In this document: piece after piece, positions 8,431-17,954 of the stretch
How positions within the stretch are numbered: position 1 is the stretch's first letter
Layout of the letters: every line of letters begins with the position of its first letter
Source of the DNA: a virus
Lineage: Duplodnaviria; Caudoviricetes
Direction: 5' to 3' (one strand)
Virus record (IMG/VR): IMGVR_UViG_3300048630_000721
Coordinates: 1-49,775 of that record
DNA: 49,775 nucleotides
The notes under the pieces: model-generated
Databases searched by the model: none
The model's input: the letters and a program-made list of their open reading frames with translations, nothing else
What the model was told of the DNA's origin: nothing
Position numbers and translations under genes: made by a program

Positions 8431-9467
8431 GCCACCCCCGCGTCATAGATGTCGCTGACCTCTGGACCCGTCAGCGCACGGTCAAAGAGCGTCACACCTG
8501 CCAGCACGAGCCCCGTGATCGAGCCGAAAATTGATCCTGAGTTGAACGTGAATGGCGTCGTCGGTGTGTCGATGGCGCTGCTATCGGAGATCGAACCGAC
8601 CGAGGCGCCGTTGACGTACATGTTCAGGTTGGCGCCGTCGTAGGTGACGATGACGTGGTTGTCGTTACCCGGCACAAAGCTCCCATAGACGATCGAGCGC
8701 GCCGCGATGACCTCCCGTTGAAAGACCAGACTGCCCGCGAGCCACAACAGCCGGATCTCCTGATCGCGCGTGCCGTCGGAGAGGGACCATATCGCCCCGT
8801 TTGGTGAGCCCGCGTCGAAGCGGCACCACACCGATACCGACCAGCGCACCGTCCCCGAGAGGTCGATCCCTGGCACCTCGATCGTGCCGCCATCGAGGTC
8901 GACGTACAGCGGATAGGGAGGCAGCGGCGTGGCGCTCTGGGCGAGCAGCGGGCCGTCCTCGTATGAGCCATCGTTGCCGAGCGGCGTGGAGTCGACAGCC
9001 ACCGCGCCCGAGGTCTCCTGCAAGGGCAAGTGAAAGAGCGCGTCGGCCTCAAGCGGCTCGATCGCGGTGAAGTAGTAAGCATCGCCGGTGATGGTCAGGC
9101 CCGCCGTGGTCGCGCTCGCGGAGTCGACGATGTTCGTGGCGGTGACTTCGCACGTCAGCTCGGTGCCGATGTCGGCGACGACGGTCGTGTAGGTGTTCGA
9201 GGTCGCGCCCGAAATGCTCACGGCATCGCGCTTCCACTGGTAGGTAAACGTCGGCGTCGGGTTGCCCTCCCACGTCCCCTCCGAACACGAGACCGTGTTG
9301 CCGACTTCAGCCGAGCCTGAAAGCACCGGCGCGGTCACGAGGCTCGGCGCGAACGTGCTCACTGGTGACGCGATCGTAAAGTTTGCGGCGCTGCCAGCGC
9401 CGACAACAGACAGGTTCGCGGCGCTTCCAGCCCCAGCAATCACGATGTTTGTGGCGCTCCCTGGCAT
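8427..9467 (-). CDS. Ig-like + LamG/concanavalin-like domain virion protein (receptor-binding candidate)
   Basis: GAGSAAN repeats, APVLSG..TYQWKR..CEVTATN Ig-like segment, HVIVTYDGANLNMYVNG and FDRALT..EV LamG motifs. Confidence 0.8.
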   Translation of the reverse strand: MPGSATNIVIAGAGSAANLSVVGAGSAANFTIASPVSTFAPSLVTAPVLSGSAEVGNTVSCSEGTWEGNPTPTFTYQWKRDAVSISGATSNTYTTVVADIGTELTCEVTATNIVDSASATTAGLTITGDAYYFTAIEPLEADALFHLPLQETSGAVAVDSTPLGNDGSYEDGPLLAQSATPLPPYPLYVDLDGGTIEVPGIDLSGTVRWSVSVWCRFDAGSPNGAIWSLSDGTRDQEIRLLWLAGSLVFQREVIAARSIVYGSFVPGNDNHVIVTYDGANLNMYVNGASVGSISDSSAIDTPTTPFTFNSGSIFGSITGLVLAGVTLFDRALTGPEVSDIYDAGVA

Positions 9468-9841
9468 CAAGCACCCTCCCCATCCAGACCATCCTGCGAA
9501 TACTCGATGGTCCAAGTACCGTAGATGACCGCGTCGTCGAGGTCGCCGTGCTTGACCCACACCTCCCAGTCATACGCCAGCGGTGGCAGATCGGTGTCGT
9601 CGTCCTGCGTTGTGATCTCGACCTCGCCGTTGGCCGCATCGGTGATCTGGATCGGCGCGGAGCCGCTGTCGGCGTCGTAGAGGTGTTCCACGAGCGAGGG
9701 GTTTGACCTCGTGCCGATGCGAAAGCGGATCGCGTTATCCACCGCACCTGTCAGCGGAAGGTTCGCGCCATCTTTCTGGACGTTGAACGTGATCGTCCGC
9801 GTCGCCCCGCGCTTTGTCGTGATGTCTTGCTGTGTTGGCAT
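9467..9841 (-). CDS. Tail/baseplate accessory protein (BppU N-terminal-like)
   Basis: KRGATRTITFNV..ITDAANGEVEI..DT..Y.WEV pattern; position after the tail tip genes. Confidence 0.6.
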   Translation of the reverse strand: MPTQQDITTKRGATRTITFNVQKDGANLPLTGAVDNAIRFRIGTRSNPSLVEHLYDADSGSAPIQITDAANGEVEITTQDDDTDLPPLAYDWEVWVKHGDLDDAVIYGTWTIEYSQDGLDGEGA

Positions 9842-10161
9842 TACACGCTCGGGTTGCCAGCGCCGTAAGCCGCCCACTCGATGTCGTCGCCAGTGGCGGC
9901 GAGAAGGTAGAGAGCGTCGTCAGCGACGATGTGGTTTTCGAGAACGATGTGCTCCCCCGGCTCGAGCAGGATTCCTGCGGTCGCCGAAGCGCTGGCGACG
10001 AGGCGGATCGCGTTGCTGTTGGTCGAGAGCGCGTGGACGTGCACGTCCACGCCATCAGCGCGGTTGTCTGACGGGATGCTGGTCGCCAGCGTGATCGCCT
10101 TTTGCGTGTCGGTCTCGCCGGTAAGCGCGGCGGCCGCGATGAGGCTCTGCTTCTGTCCCAT
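9841..10161 (-). CDS. Hypothetical virion-associated protein
   Basis: AAAGGAG SD; beta-rich; within the tail module. Confidence 0.65.
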   Translation of the reverse strand: MGQKQSLIAAAALTGETDTQKAITLATSIPSDNRADGVDVHVHALSTNSNAIRLVASASATAGILLEPGEHIVLENHIVADDALYLLAATGDDIEWAAYGAGNPSV

Positions 10162-10172
10162 GGGTGCTCCTT

Positions 10173-12125
10173 TCAGGTGACGGGCGTGCCAACGAAGGCG
10201 AAGTGGCTTCGCGTCGAATCGATATCGATCGAGGTGCCGGTGAAGGTGATCTCGCAGCGGTAGGTTCGGTTCTTGTCCAGCGCGATGGGCTCGTTGATGA
10301 GAAGGTCGGCGAGGTCATCCTGATCGCCGCTCGTGGCCACCACTGCGGCGGTCCCCGACTCCATCAGGTCGACTCGCCAGGTCGTGGCGTCCTGGCCGGA
10401 GCCCGGCGCGACCCGGATCGAGACCTGGCAGAAGCCTCCGCCGATCGGCTTGATCGAAACAGTCGAGGTGTTGGCGTAGTCGGATGTACCCACGGCGAGC
10501 GTGTCGAAACCCACGACAAAGGGCGAGGTGCTGCTTGTCTGATCGGCGCTCATTTCGAGCCGCGCGCCCTGACGCAACTTGACGCCGAGCTGCTCGCGTT
10601 CGACGAAGTTCGGGCTCTTCGCGCTGGTCTCAGGCGAGGCCGCGCTTCGCAGCCCGCTCTTACTTTTGACGATCGTGCGGTAGTAATAATCGGTGTCGGG
10701 ATCGGCATCCCTGTCGATAAACCGCGTGCCCCTCGCGGTGCCGATCAGCGTGCTCGCCGAGGGCGTGAAGCTCGACGTGGTGGAGCGGTGGACCTCGATC
10801 AGATCCCAATCGCCGTCGCGAGGCCAGCCGAGTCGGAGCACCACCGCGAGCGCGGCCTCGGTGACGGCTGGCAACGAAAGCGCAGCCGGGGCGAGGTCTT
10901 TCTTGTTGTCGGCCTGGCCGGGGCGCGCCTCACGCTCGAGCCAGTTGACGACGCCAGCCTTTGGCTGCCCGCTCGCCACAAACGCGGTCCGGAATTGCTC
11001 GGCGGTGAAGGTGTGGCGATACCCCTGGACGGCGAGCTTCTGGTCCGCGCCAAAGCGGCGTCCATCGGCCTCGAATGCGTAATAGTCATTGATCTCTGCC
11101 CAGGGCCAGAGCGGGACCGAGACGCCAAAGTCGAGCTCTGGCTCTGCGAGGTCCGTGACGATGGCTGTCGCGAGCGCGGTGGCCTCGCCGCTGGTGTCGA
11201 TCTGGCTCGTGGTTCCTTCGACAACCTCCATCCACCGGCGCCCGTACTTGGTCACCGAGGCGGTATCCGTCGCTGTGACCGTCGACGTCTCCACATCGCC
11301 GCTGTCATCGGTGCCGCTGACATAGGTCACCTCGACGACGTTGCGAATCCGCGAAAAGTCGATCGAAGCGCGGTCCACGGCGTGCCAGATCTCTGGTGAG
11401 AACGACGCCAGAGAGGTCGCCGTCGAGCGATCCGGCTCGTAGAGCGTGAGCTGCCATTCGCTATCAGCCTCGCTCCACTTCGGGCGGATGTCCCACCCGA
11501 TCAACGCGACGAGATCCTGGATCGCCTGGAGCACAGGCATTCGTTGCTGCTTATACTCGACGATCGCGAAGCTCGTGCCGGTTGGCACCTCGAGCGTGAT
11601 CGAACCATCGGTCCAATCGTCGAGCAAATCCTGGATCACGTCTTCGATGTCGAGCGTGCCGCCGTTGTCGCCATAGACCGTCTCATCCTCGACCCAGCGA
11701 TCGGCGAGCTGCGCCATGATGACATCACGCGCTGTGATCGTGCCGGGCTCGTTGGCCAGGTCGAGTGTGTCGATCTTGCCGTGAAAAACCTCGATCCAAT
11801 CGCCAGCACCAACCGAGACATCCTGGGGCACGACCGCGACATGGATCTTGAGTTCGCGACCAAGCGCGAGATATCCGCTGATCCGCGAGCCGCTGACATA
11901 AGGCGAAGCATTGTCATAGTAGTAGCGCCAGAACAACGAGATCGAGGCATCCTGCCCCGGTGAGTCGACATCCTCACCCCAGTCGATCGACACCACGCGA
12001 TCCTGCTCGTAGAGGTCCGTCCACTCCTGCCACGTGCCGGAGCTATCCTTGATCTCGAGCTTGATCTTCTGGCGCTGGCTCGCCGACGAGTACGCCAATG
12101 CTTGCGCTGTGGTTTGTGTCCTCAT
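10173..12125 (-). CDS. Tail tip/hub protein with FN3-like C-terminal part
   Basis: 650 aa, second gene after the tape measure; IRNVVEV..SVTKYGRR and IEVHRST..YYYR motifs. Confidence 0.75.
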   Translation of the reverse strand: MRTQTTAQALAYSSASQRQKIKLEIKDSSGTWQEWTDLYEQDRVVSIDWGEDVDSPGQDASISLFWRYYYDNASPYVSGSRISGYLALGRELKIHVAVVPQDVSVGAGDWIEVFHGKIDTLDLANEPGTITARDVIMAQLADRWVEDETVYGDNGGTLDIEDVIQDLLDDWTDGSITLEVPTGTSFAIVEYKQQRMPVLQAIQDLVALIGWDIRPKWSEADSEWQLTLYEPDRSTATSLASFSPEIWHAVDRASIDFSRIRNVVEVTYVSGTDDSGDVETSTVTATDTASVTKYGRRWMEVVEGTTSQIDTSGEATALATAIVTDLAEPELDFGVSVPLWPWAEINDYYAFEADGRRFGADQKLAVQGYRHTFTAEQFRTAFVASGQPKAGVVNWLEREARPGQADNKKDLAPAALSLPAVTEAALAVVLRLGWPRDGDWDLIEVHRSTTSSFTPSASTLIGTARGTRFIDRDADPDTDYYYRTIVKSKSGLRSAASPETSAKSPNFVEREQLGVKLRQGARLEMSADQTSSTSPFVVGFDTLAVGTSDYANTSTVSIKPIGGGFCQVSIRVAPGSGQDATTWRVDLMESGTAAVVATSGDQDDLADLLINEPIALDKNRTYRCEITFTGTSIDIDSTRSHFAFVGTPVT

Positions 12126-12865
12126 CAGCCTACCTCCCTCAAGCCAAAGGAGATCGCCACCTTGCCCCCCACAGAGCCATCGTTGGTGAACGCCTGCGCT
12201 GGCTCGGTGCCGAGCACGAGGATCTCTTCATCGCCGACACAATCGCCCGCGAGCAACAAGCGAGGGAGTGCAGAGAATGCCTGTGTATCAGCGGCGACGG
12301 CCTCGACCCATGCATCCGGCATCTCGTAGGGCACCACGACCAGGTCGTCGTACTGCCCCGCCGCGAGCGTGAGGAATCCTCCGCTCATCGAAATGTCGCT
12401 GGCCTCGGTTGCGCCCGCGGTCTCGCCGTCATCCCAGAGCGTGCCGTCAGAGCGCCGAGCGATATGCACCCACGTCGACGCGACGTATTTCCACGCCAGC
12501 ACAGTCCAAAACGTTGCATAGCGCGCGCCAAAATCCGCCTCGAGATCGCTGACGCTCGACGCGCTCTTGGTGCCATATTTCGCGGTCGAGGAGAACGTCG
12601 GCGTCGCCTCGAGCCCCAGCCCCTTGTCCGAGTATTCGGTGTCCTCGAAGCCGAAGTGGTGGCCCTCGCCCTTGATCAACTGCCGGATAGCGTCGGCCTC
12701 GGATTGCGGAAGCAGCTTCGTGGTGCCGCTCCAGCGCCGACGCTCGTAGGTGTTCTCCTTGAAGAGTTGCCCGGTGACGGTGCGTGACTCGGTGCCCGGA
12801 GAGTCGTCGTCCTGGCTCCACTCGGCGATGGCCAGCGAGATGCCGCTGAGTGTCAGAAAGCTCAT
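12125..12865 (-). CDS. Distal tail-like protein
   Basis: Directly follows the tape measure gene; RTVTGQL..RRRWS pattern. Confidence 0.65.
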   Translation of the reverse strand: MSFLTLSGISLAIAEWSQDDDSPGTESRTVTGQLFKENTYERRRWSGTTKLLPQSEADAIRQLIKGEGHHFGFEDTEYSDKGLGLEATPTFSSTAKYGTKSASSVSDLEADFGARYATFWTVLAWKYVASTWVHIARRSDGTLWDDGETAGATEASDISMSGGFLTLAAGQYDDLVVVPYEMPDAWVEAVAADTQAFSALPRLLLAGDCVGDEEILVLGTEPAQAFTNDGSVGGKVAISFGLREVG

Positions 12866-12868
12866 GCC

Positions 12869-15800
12869 TTACCCCGCCTGCCTGATGCCAGAGCGCAGCG
12901 CGGTCCTGTGGCGCTGCGCTGGCGTCGTGAGCTTGGAGCCAGTGCGGATAAACTTCGCGCGTTCGGCCACAGCGAGGACTTGCTTCGCGCCCTCCTCGTA
13001 GGTCAGTCCATGGAAGTGCGCGATCAGCGTATTGGCGATCTGCGTCGAGGACATGCCGCCGCCGCTCGAAAGCCCGACGCCGCGTTGCTCGAGCGAGGAT
13101 TGCGCCGCCGCTGCGTCGTAGCGCATCTTCGCGAGCCGCTTGAAGCCACTCGGCGCGTTCCGCAGCTCGGAGTTGAGTTCCTTGAGACCCTCGGCTGCTT
13201 TCCACTCTTCCTTGGCTTTTGCCGCTGATGCCTTGGCCTCCTCGTAGGTCAAGCCCTTGAGGCGATCCATCGCCTCCCTCGCGGAGTCGACGCCATCGCG
13301 GAGGTTCTCGGTGGAGTTGTTGAGCTCCATCCACTTCCCTTCCGCGCCGGTCCAGTCGATGAAGAAGTTCCTGAAGATGCGACCCAGCGTCTCGTTGAGC
13401 TGCTTGGCCATCGAGATGTACGCCCCGAGGATTGCCTTGCCGACGTTGAAGATGATGATCTTCAACTCGCCGAGCACGACCTGGAAGTCGAGGAACGCCA
13501 TCGCGACGCGCTTGATCGTGTCAAAGAGCGTGCGCCCATAATCATCGATGACGCCATCCATCAGGGAGCCCCAGTGCGCCAGCGGAGCAAGTAGTTCGGG
13601 CACTGCGAGGAAGACGCCGATCGCGCCCTCGAACGAGTTGAAGAATTTGCCGAGCACGTCGAGATCAAGCTTTGCGACCTGGTCGCGGAGCACGCCGATC
13701 GACGCCTGGAAATCCTCGTGTGAGGTGGCGTAACGGAGGAACGCCGCCGTCGCCGCCTGGACGATCGACGCCGCGGCCTGCCCCGCGCTGGCGAGCCCCG
13801 AAAGGTCGCCCATCGACGCGCGCGTCAGCCCCGAGACCACGCCGGAGATATTCGACGCGAAGGCGCTGACCCCTTCCATTAGCGGCTGGAGCACGGAGCG
13901 TTCTCCGCCCGAGAGCGCGTTCGCGAGCACGCCGCTGATCTCCAGGAACCCGTCGATGGCGCTCTGGTAAAGCCCTTTAACTGACTCTTCGAGGCGCTTT
14001 TTCATCTCGGCGATGTACTTCTTCCGCTCTTCTTCGCCCTCTTGCTCTGCCTTTTCCCTGCGCTCGATCTCTTTCTTCTGCTGCTCGGTGTCGTTGTCCT
14101 TGACCGCGTCGAAAAGCGCCTGGTGCACGCTCTCGACAGCTTCTTTGGCCTCCTTGGCTTTCTTCTTCCACTCCTCGAGCGCCTTGGAGGAAGACGCGAC
14201 CGCCTTGTCGGCTTCTGCCTCCTGGTCGCTCTTGAAATCCCGCAAAATCCCTTGCAACTTCCACAGCGTCTTGTAAGCCGCGTCCGCCTTTTTCTCCTGA
14301 TCGCCCAGCCCCTTGTTCAGGTTGTCGGTGCTGTTTTTGGCGTCTTCCATCGCCTTGGCGAGCGCGTCGAGGCGCTGCTTGATATTGACCGCGGCACGAG
14401 ACGAGTTACCCATCGCATCTGCGCCCTTATCGACAACGTCCGCGAAATCATCAGCCGCACCTGCCAGAGCATCACCTTGCTCGATCCACCAGCCAAACGT
14501 GTCTTCACTCTCGTTGGAAAGCTCCTCGAGTTCCTTGCGAAGTCGCTCGACAGTCTTATGGCGATCGTGCGCGATGAGCACGCCCGGAGCTTCCATGCGC
14601 TCCTTGACGGCCTTGGCGAGTTCGTAGGTTTTGGAGAGCATCTGCAACCCACGAACCGCCTTGCCTGTCACCCCAGCGATTACCGCGAGGATCTTGATCA
14701 CGCCGCCCGCGCCGCGGATAAAGTCGGCGGTCGTCTTGAGCACCGTGACCATCGTGTCACGGAAGTCCGCGAAGGCGTTGTCGTTTTCTGAAATCGCAAC
14801 AACCTGGGCGGTCAGGTAGCCGTTAATGACCTCAATCGCAGGAGCAAGGATTTGCCCAAGCTTCGCAGCGAGGTTTTGGATGTTCCCTTGGAGCATCTTG
14901 AGCTGGTTAGCGAGCGTCGAGCGCATGAGTGTCGCGACGTCTTCCGCCGTACCGCCGGAGTTGCGAAGCTCCTCGCGAAAATCTCGCAGCTTTTCAGAAC
15001 CCTCCTTCAACAAGATCAAGACATCTTTGAGCGCATCCTGACCAAAGACCCTGGCAAGGTTTTCAGCAAACTTCGCCTTGCTCATCTTCTTTTGAGCATT
15101 TTCCAAATCACCGATCACGTCGATGATGTCGCGGAAGTTTCCTTGGCTATCGAACATCGAAACGCCCAAAGCCTTCATCGCAGCCTTGGTTGTCTTCATC
15201 GGCTTGACGAGGCGGACCATCATCGTGCTGAGCGCGCGACCGGAGGTTGTTGCCTTTCGGCCTGCGTTGGCGAGCACACCCAAAAGCGCGGCAGTGGTCT
15301 CGATGTCTTGCTCGAATGCCGCAGAGGTAGACGCAACATATTGAAAGCTTTCGCCGAGCTTCTCGAGGTTGGTGTTGGTCGATGTGAACGTCTTGACCAA
15401 CACGTCATTAACACGCCCGAGATCTTCGACCTTCATCCCCATCCCAGTCAGGATATCCGAGGTGATGTCTGCCGCTTTTCCTAGATCGATGCCCGCAGCG
15501 GTCGTTAGATCGAGCACGCCAGGGAGCGCCTTGACCGCATCGACCGCGCCAAAACCAGCCATCGAGAGGTACTGGAGCGCGTTCCCTGCCTCGACCGCGC
15601 TGAATTGGGTGCCGGAAGACGCCTTGAGTGCAGCGCTGAGAAACTTTTCATATGCAGCAGCCCCTTCGTTGGAAACGGCGGCGGCGTTCATCACGGCTTG
15701 GTCGAGCTTGGCCCACTCGTTGACCGCAAACCCGATGCCCGCCACTGCCGCGGCGCCGACAGCAGCGGCGCCCTTGGCGATCATCTTGTCGACGCTGCCC

Positions 15801-15895
15801 AGAGCCTTCCGGGTCCGCGCCATTCCCTTGGTGAAGTCGCTGTCGTCGAGGGTGAGCTTTACCCCGAGAGTACCGAGCGTGATTTTCCAAGCCAT
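12869..15895 (-). CDS. Tail tape measure protein (TP901-like core)
   Basis: About 1008 aa, Ala-rich helical; TQFSAVEAGNALQYLSMAG, LPGVLDL, TNTNLEKLGESF motifs; ATG 15895 with GGAGG SD. Confidence 0.93.
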   Translation of the reverse strand: MAWKITLGTLGVKLTLDDSDFTKGMARTRKALGSVDKMIAKGAAAVGAAAVAGIGFAVNEWAKLDQAVMNAAAVSNEGAAAYEKFLSAALKASSGTQFSAVEAGNALQYLSMAGFGAVDAVKALPGVLDLTTAAGIDLGKAADITSDILTGMGMKVEDLGRVNDVLVKTFTSTNTNLEKLGESFQYVASTSAAFEQDIETTAALLGVLANAGRKATTSGRALSTMMVRLVKPMKTTKAAMKALGVSMFDSQGNFRDIIDVIGDLENAQKKMSKAKFAENLARVFGQDALKDVLILLKEGSEKLRDFREELRNSGGTAEDVATLMRSTLANQLKMLQGNIQNLAAKLGQILAPAIEVINGYLTAQVVAISENDNAFADFRDTMVTVLKTTADFIRGAGGVIKILAVIAGVTGKAVRGLQMLSKTYELAKAVKERMEAPGVLIAHDRHKTVERLRKELEELSNESEDTFGWWIEQGDALAGAADDFADVVDKGADAMGNSSRAAVNIKQRLDALAKAMEDAKNSTDNLNKGLGDQEKKADAAYKTLWKLQGILRDFKSDQEAEADKAVASSSKALEEWKKKAKEAKEAVESVHQALFDAVKDNDTEQQKKEIERREKAEQEGEEERKKYIAEMKKRLEESVKGLYQSAIDGFLEISGVLANALSGGERSVLQPLMEGVSAFASNISGVVSGLTRASMGDLSGLASAGQAAASIVQAATAAFLRYATSHEDFQASIGVLRDQVAKLDLDVLGKFFNSFEGAIGVFLAVPELLAPLAHWGSLMDGVIDDYGRTLFDTIKRVAMAFLDFQVVLGELKIIIFNVGKAILGAYISMAKQLNETLGRIFRNFFIDWTGAEGKWMELNNSTENLRDGVDSAREAMDRLKGLTYEEAKASAAKAKEEWKAAEGLKELNSELRNAPSGFKRLAKMRYDAAAAQSSLEQRGVGLSSGGGMSSTQIANTLIAHFHGLTYEEGAKQVLAVAERAKFIRTGSKLTTPAQRHRTALRSGIRQAG

Positions 15896-15964
15896 GGCAA
15901 GACCTCCATGCCAGACAAGCCCCAACCGGGGCGGTGACTGCACGGGCCTCTTGCCACGAGCGCG

Positions 15965-16276
15965 TTATCTTCTTTTTGGTACGGGCGGCTTCTTGCCAGA
16001 CTTGCTCGCGGCCTCTGCTCTGGCCGCTTCGATGTCAGCGTCTTCCTTCGCTCTCTTGAGCGCCCTGTCTTCTTGGAGCGCTTGCCACTCCGAGTAAGCG
16101 ATACCACCATCGATCTTTCGCTTGGGCCACCTGGCCACGAGCGAGGGGTCGATGCCAAAGCGCTCGGCCAGTTGCCAGACGACCACCGGCCAGCGCATCG
16201 CTCTCAGCGCTTCCTTTTCTTCCTCCGAGAGCGGATCGACTTCTTCCTTTGCTCGGAAGCGCTGGCGCCGTTTCCC
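15965..16276 (-). CDS. Tail assembly chaperone, -1 frameshift extension (gpT-like)
   Basis: The -1 frame is open from the slippery site through the 15965-16198 ORF. Confidence 0.8.
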   Translation of the reverse strand, partial: GKRRQRFRAKEEVDPLSEEEKEALRAMRWPVVVWQLAERFGIDPSLVARWPKRKIDGGIAYSEWQALQEDRALKRAKEDADIEAARAEAASKSGKKPPVPKRR

Positions 16277-16770
16277 TCCGAGAGCGGATCGACTTCTTCG
16301 GTGTCCGTAGTCGCATCTTCCGTCATGCTGAACGTGTCCTTGTTAGCCACGTTCATCGCGTTGACGAGCCGCTTGAAGAGCGGCGGCGACGCCTTCGAGA
16401 GTTCTTCGGCTTCGTCGACCGAAAAGACCTGCTCGCCATCCTCGGTAGCGCAGCAAAGCGCGACCATTTGCATGGCGTACACATCTTCGTTGCCATGGTG
16501 ATCGAGCTCTCCCTCGAGAGATTCGATCCTGGCGAGCAGGTCCGCATCGTCGCTGCCAGGCTCGAGCGCTTCGAGCCTGTCCTCGAGCGCGCCAAGCTCA
16601 GCCTCGAGTTCGGCGCGCCTCTCCTCGGCATCAGCCTTCGCCGCGTAGAACTCCATGAGCTCGCCGTAGCCGAGCTCCCTCACGACGACAACGTTGCCGC
16701 TCTTGAGCGTGACGCGCTGGTCGTTGCTCGAACTCAAGATCTCTCGCCTCAAATCGTCTTTCAGTCCCAC
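16204..16770 (-). CDS. Tail assembly chaperone (gpG-like)
   Basis: Between tail tube and tape measure genes; contains an in-frame G GGA AAC heptamer near its 3' end. Confidence 0.85.
   Translation of the reverse strand: MGLKDDLRREILSSSNDQRVTLKSGNVVVVRELGYGELMEFYAAKADAEERRAELEAELGALEDRLEALEPGSDDADLLARIESLEGELDHHGNEDVYAMQMVALCCATEDGEQVFSVDEAEELSKASPPLFKRLVNAMNVANKDTFSMTEDATTDTEEVDPLSEGNGASASEQRKKSIRSRRKKRKR
16222..16299. repeat. 25-bp direct repeat flanking the slippery site
   Basis: cctccgagagcggatcgacttcttc at 16222-16246 and 16275-16299, offset 53 bp. Confidence 0.9.
16270..16276 (-). other. Programmed -1 ribosomal frameshift slippery site GGGAAAC
   Basis: X XXY YYZ heptamer in the correct phase (GAG GGA AAC); lambda G-T uses GGGAAAG. 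Confidence 0.85.
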
Positions 16771-16814
16771 AGAGCGCTCCTTTGGTGGTGTTTTGTGTCA
16801 GGGCTCACGCCGCC

Positions 16815-17486
16815 TTACGCGGTCGGATCGCCGTAGCTAAATGATCGGGTGATTGCAGTCCCGAGTCTTCCTTGCCACTGAAGCGCGCCAGTGGTGAGGG
16901 CGTCGGGGGCCGATGAGATTTCGTTGGATTCAAACTGGGTGCAGATCCGCCAGACCTTGTCGCTGTCGGCGTCCTCGTAGATCTCGATGACCTTCCAGGT
17001 GTCGCCAGACAGACCATCCCAGATCGTCTGCCCGGAGCTGCCGCCCGTGTCGTAGTCTACCAAGCCCTCGTCGAGCCTTTCGTTCGTGCCGGTGGCGTCG
17101 AAGAGACCGGCCTTTCTGCTCGCTGCGTCGTTGCCGAAGACAGTGTCGTCGAGCATCTGGCGGGAGAAGGTCGCGGAGTAGCCACGGGCCGTAGTAAGCG
17201 AGAAGACAGGGAGGTAGTTTCCGGTAACAGTGACAGGTCCAGTCACGCTGTAGGCGTCGGCAAACGTCACCTTCCCGAGCAGCGGATCGAGTGTGTAATT
17301 GCTCGGGTCGACGACGCTGGCGTTGTCCTCGATGACAAACGTGCCGTCGACATCCCAGATGTTCTTGTCCGCATCCGTTGTGTAATAGGTTTTCGATGAG
17401 CCGCTCTGAGTCATTCCCTCGTCGGTCATCGCCGTCGGCTCGCCGCTGATCAGCAGCAAGACGTTATATCCAGGGTTCTTCGCCAC
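16815..17486 (-). CDS. Tail tube protein paralog 2 with inserted beta domain
   Basis: RQMLDDTVF..RKAGLFD and NEISSAPD align with 17541-17942; GTG with AGAGGAG SD. Confidence 0.75.
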   Translation of the reverse strand: MAKNPGYNVLLLISGEPTAMTDEGMTQSGSSKTYYTTDADKNIWDVDGTFVIEDNASVVDPSNYTLDPLLGKVTFADAYSVTGPVTVTGNYLPVFSLTTARGYSATFSRQMLDDTVFGNDAASRKAGLFDATGTNERLDEGLVDYDTGGSSGQTIWDGLSGDTWKVIEIYEDADSDKVWRICTQFESNEISSAPDALTTGALQWQGRLGTAITRSFSYGDPTA

Positions 17487-17540
17487 AGCACATCTCCTCT
17501 AAGAATCCAGACCACGCTCGCCATTCACGCCCGAAGCGCG

Positions 17541-17942
17541 TCAGCTCACGACAGTGGGCGCTGCGATGCTTTGCAGTTGCGTTGAAAACTGCGTGGTGCC
17601 ATCGGGGGTAGACGAGATCTCGAAGTTTTCGACACGGCACTGGACCTTGAAGCCGTTGGTGCCGTCAGGGAGCGCGCGGACGTAGATCGCGTTGCCCGCG
17701 AGCCACTGCGTCAGGATCGCCTCCTGGCCGTTGGTATCATCGGGGTCACGGTGGCCGCCAAAGCTGCATGGCGTGTCGAACAGCCCGGCGATGCGATCGA
17801 TAGCAGTGTCATCGAAGTCTGTGACCTCGAGCATCGCGCGCTGGAGGTTCTGGCTGAACGTGTTCGCGCCGCTGACGCTGTACCAGTTCGAGTCATCGGT
17901 GCTGATTTCAAAACTGCCTGCGTATCCTTGATCTGCCGCCAT
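17541..17942 (-). CDS. Major tail tube protein
   Basis: 133 aa acidic beta-rich; LEVTDFDD..RIAGLFD, GQEAI, VENFEISS; TAAGGAGG SD; follows the tail terminator. Confidence 0.8.
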   Translation of the reverse strand: MAADQGYAGSFEISTDDSNWYSVSGANTFSQNLQRAMLEVTDFDDTAIDRIAGLFDTPCSFGGHRDPDDTNGQEAILTQWLAGNAIYVRALPDGTNGFKVQCRVENFEISSTPDGTTQFSTQLQSIAAPTVVS

Positions 17943-17954
17943 GGCATCGCCTCC

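Noticed and set aside
10164-11399. Long plus-strand ORFs opposite structural genes (also 20744-21817, 23005-24414, 24617-25531, 31011-32486)
   Set aside because: Antisense shadows of well-supported minus-strand genes in GC-rich DNA; no motifs.
8427-12125. Diversity-generating retroelement acting on tail genes
   Set aside because: No reverse transcriptase motif in any ORF, and no template/variable repeat pair was seen.
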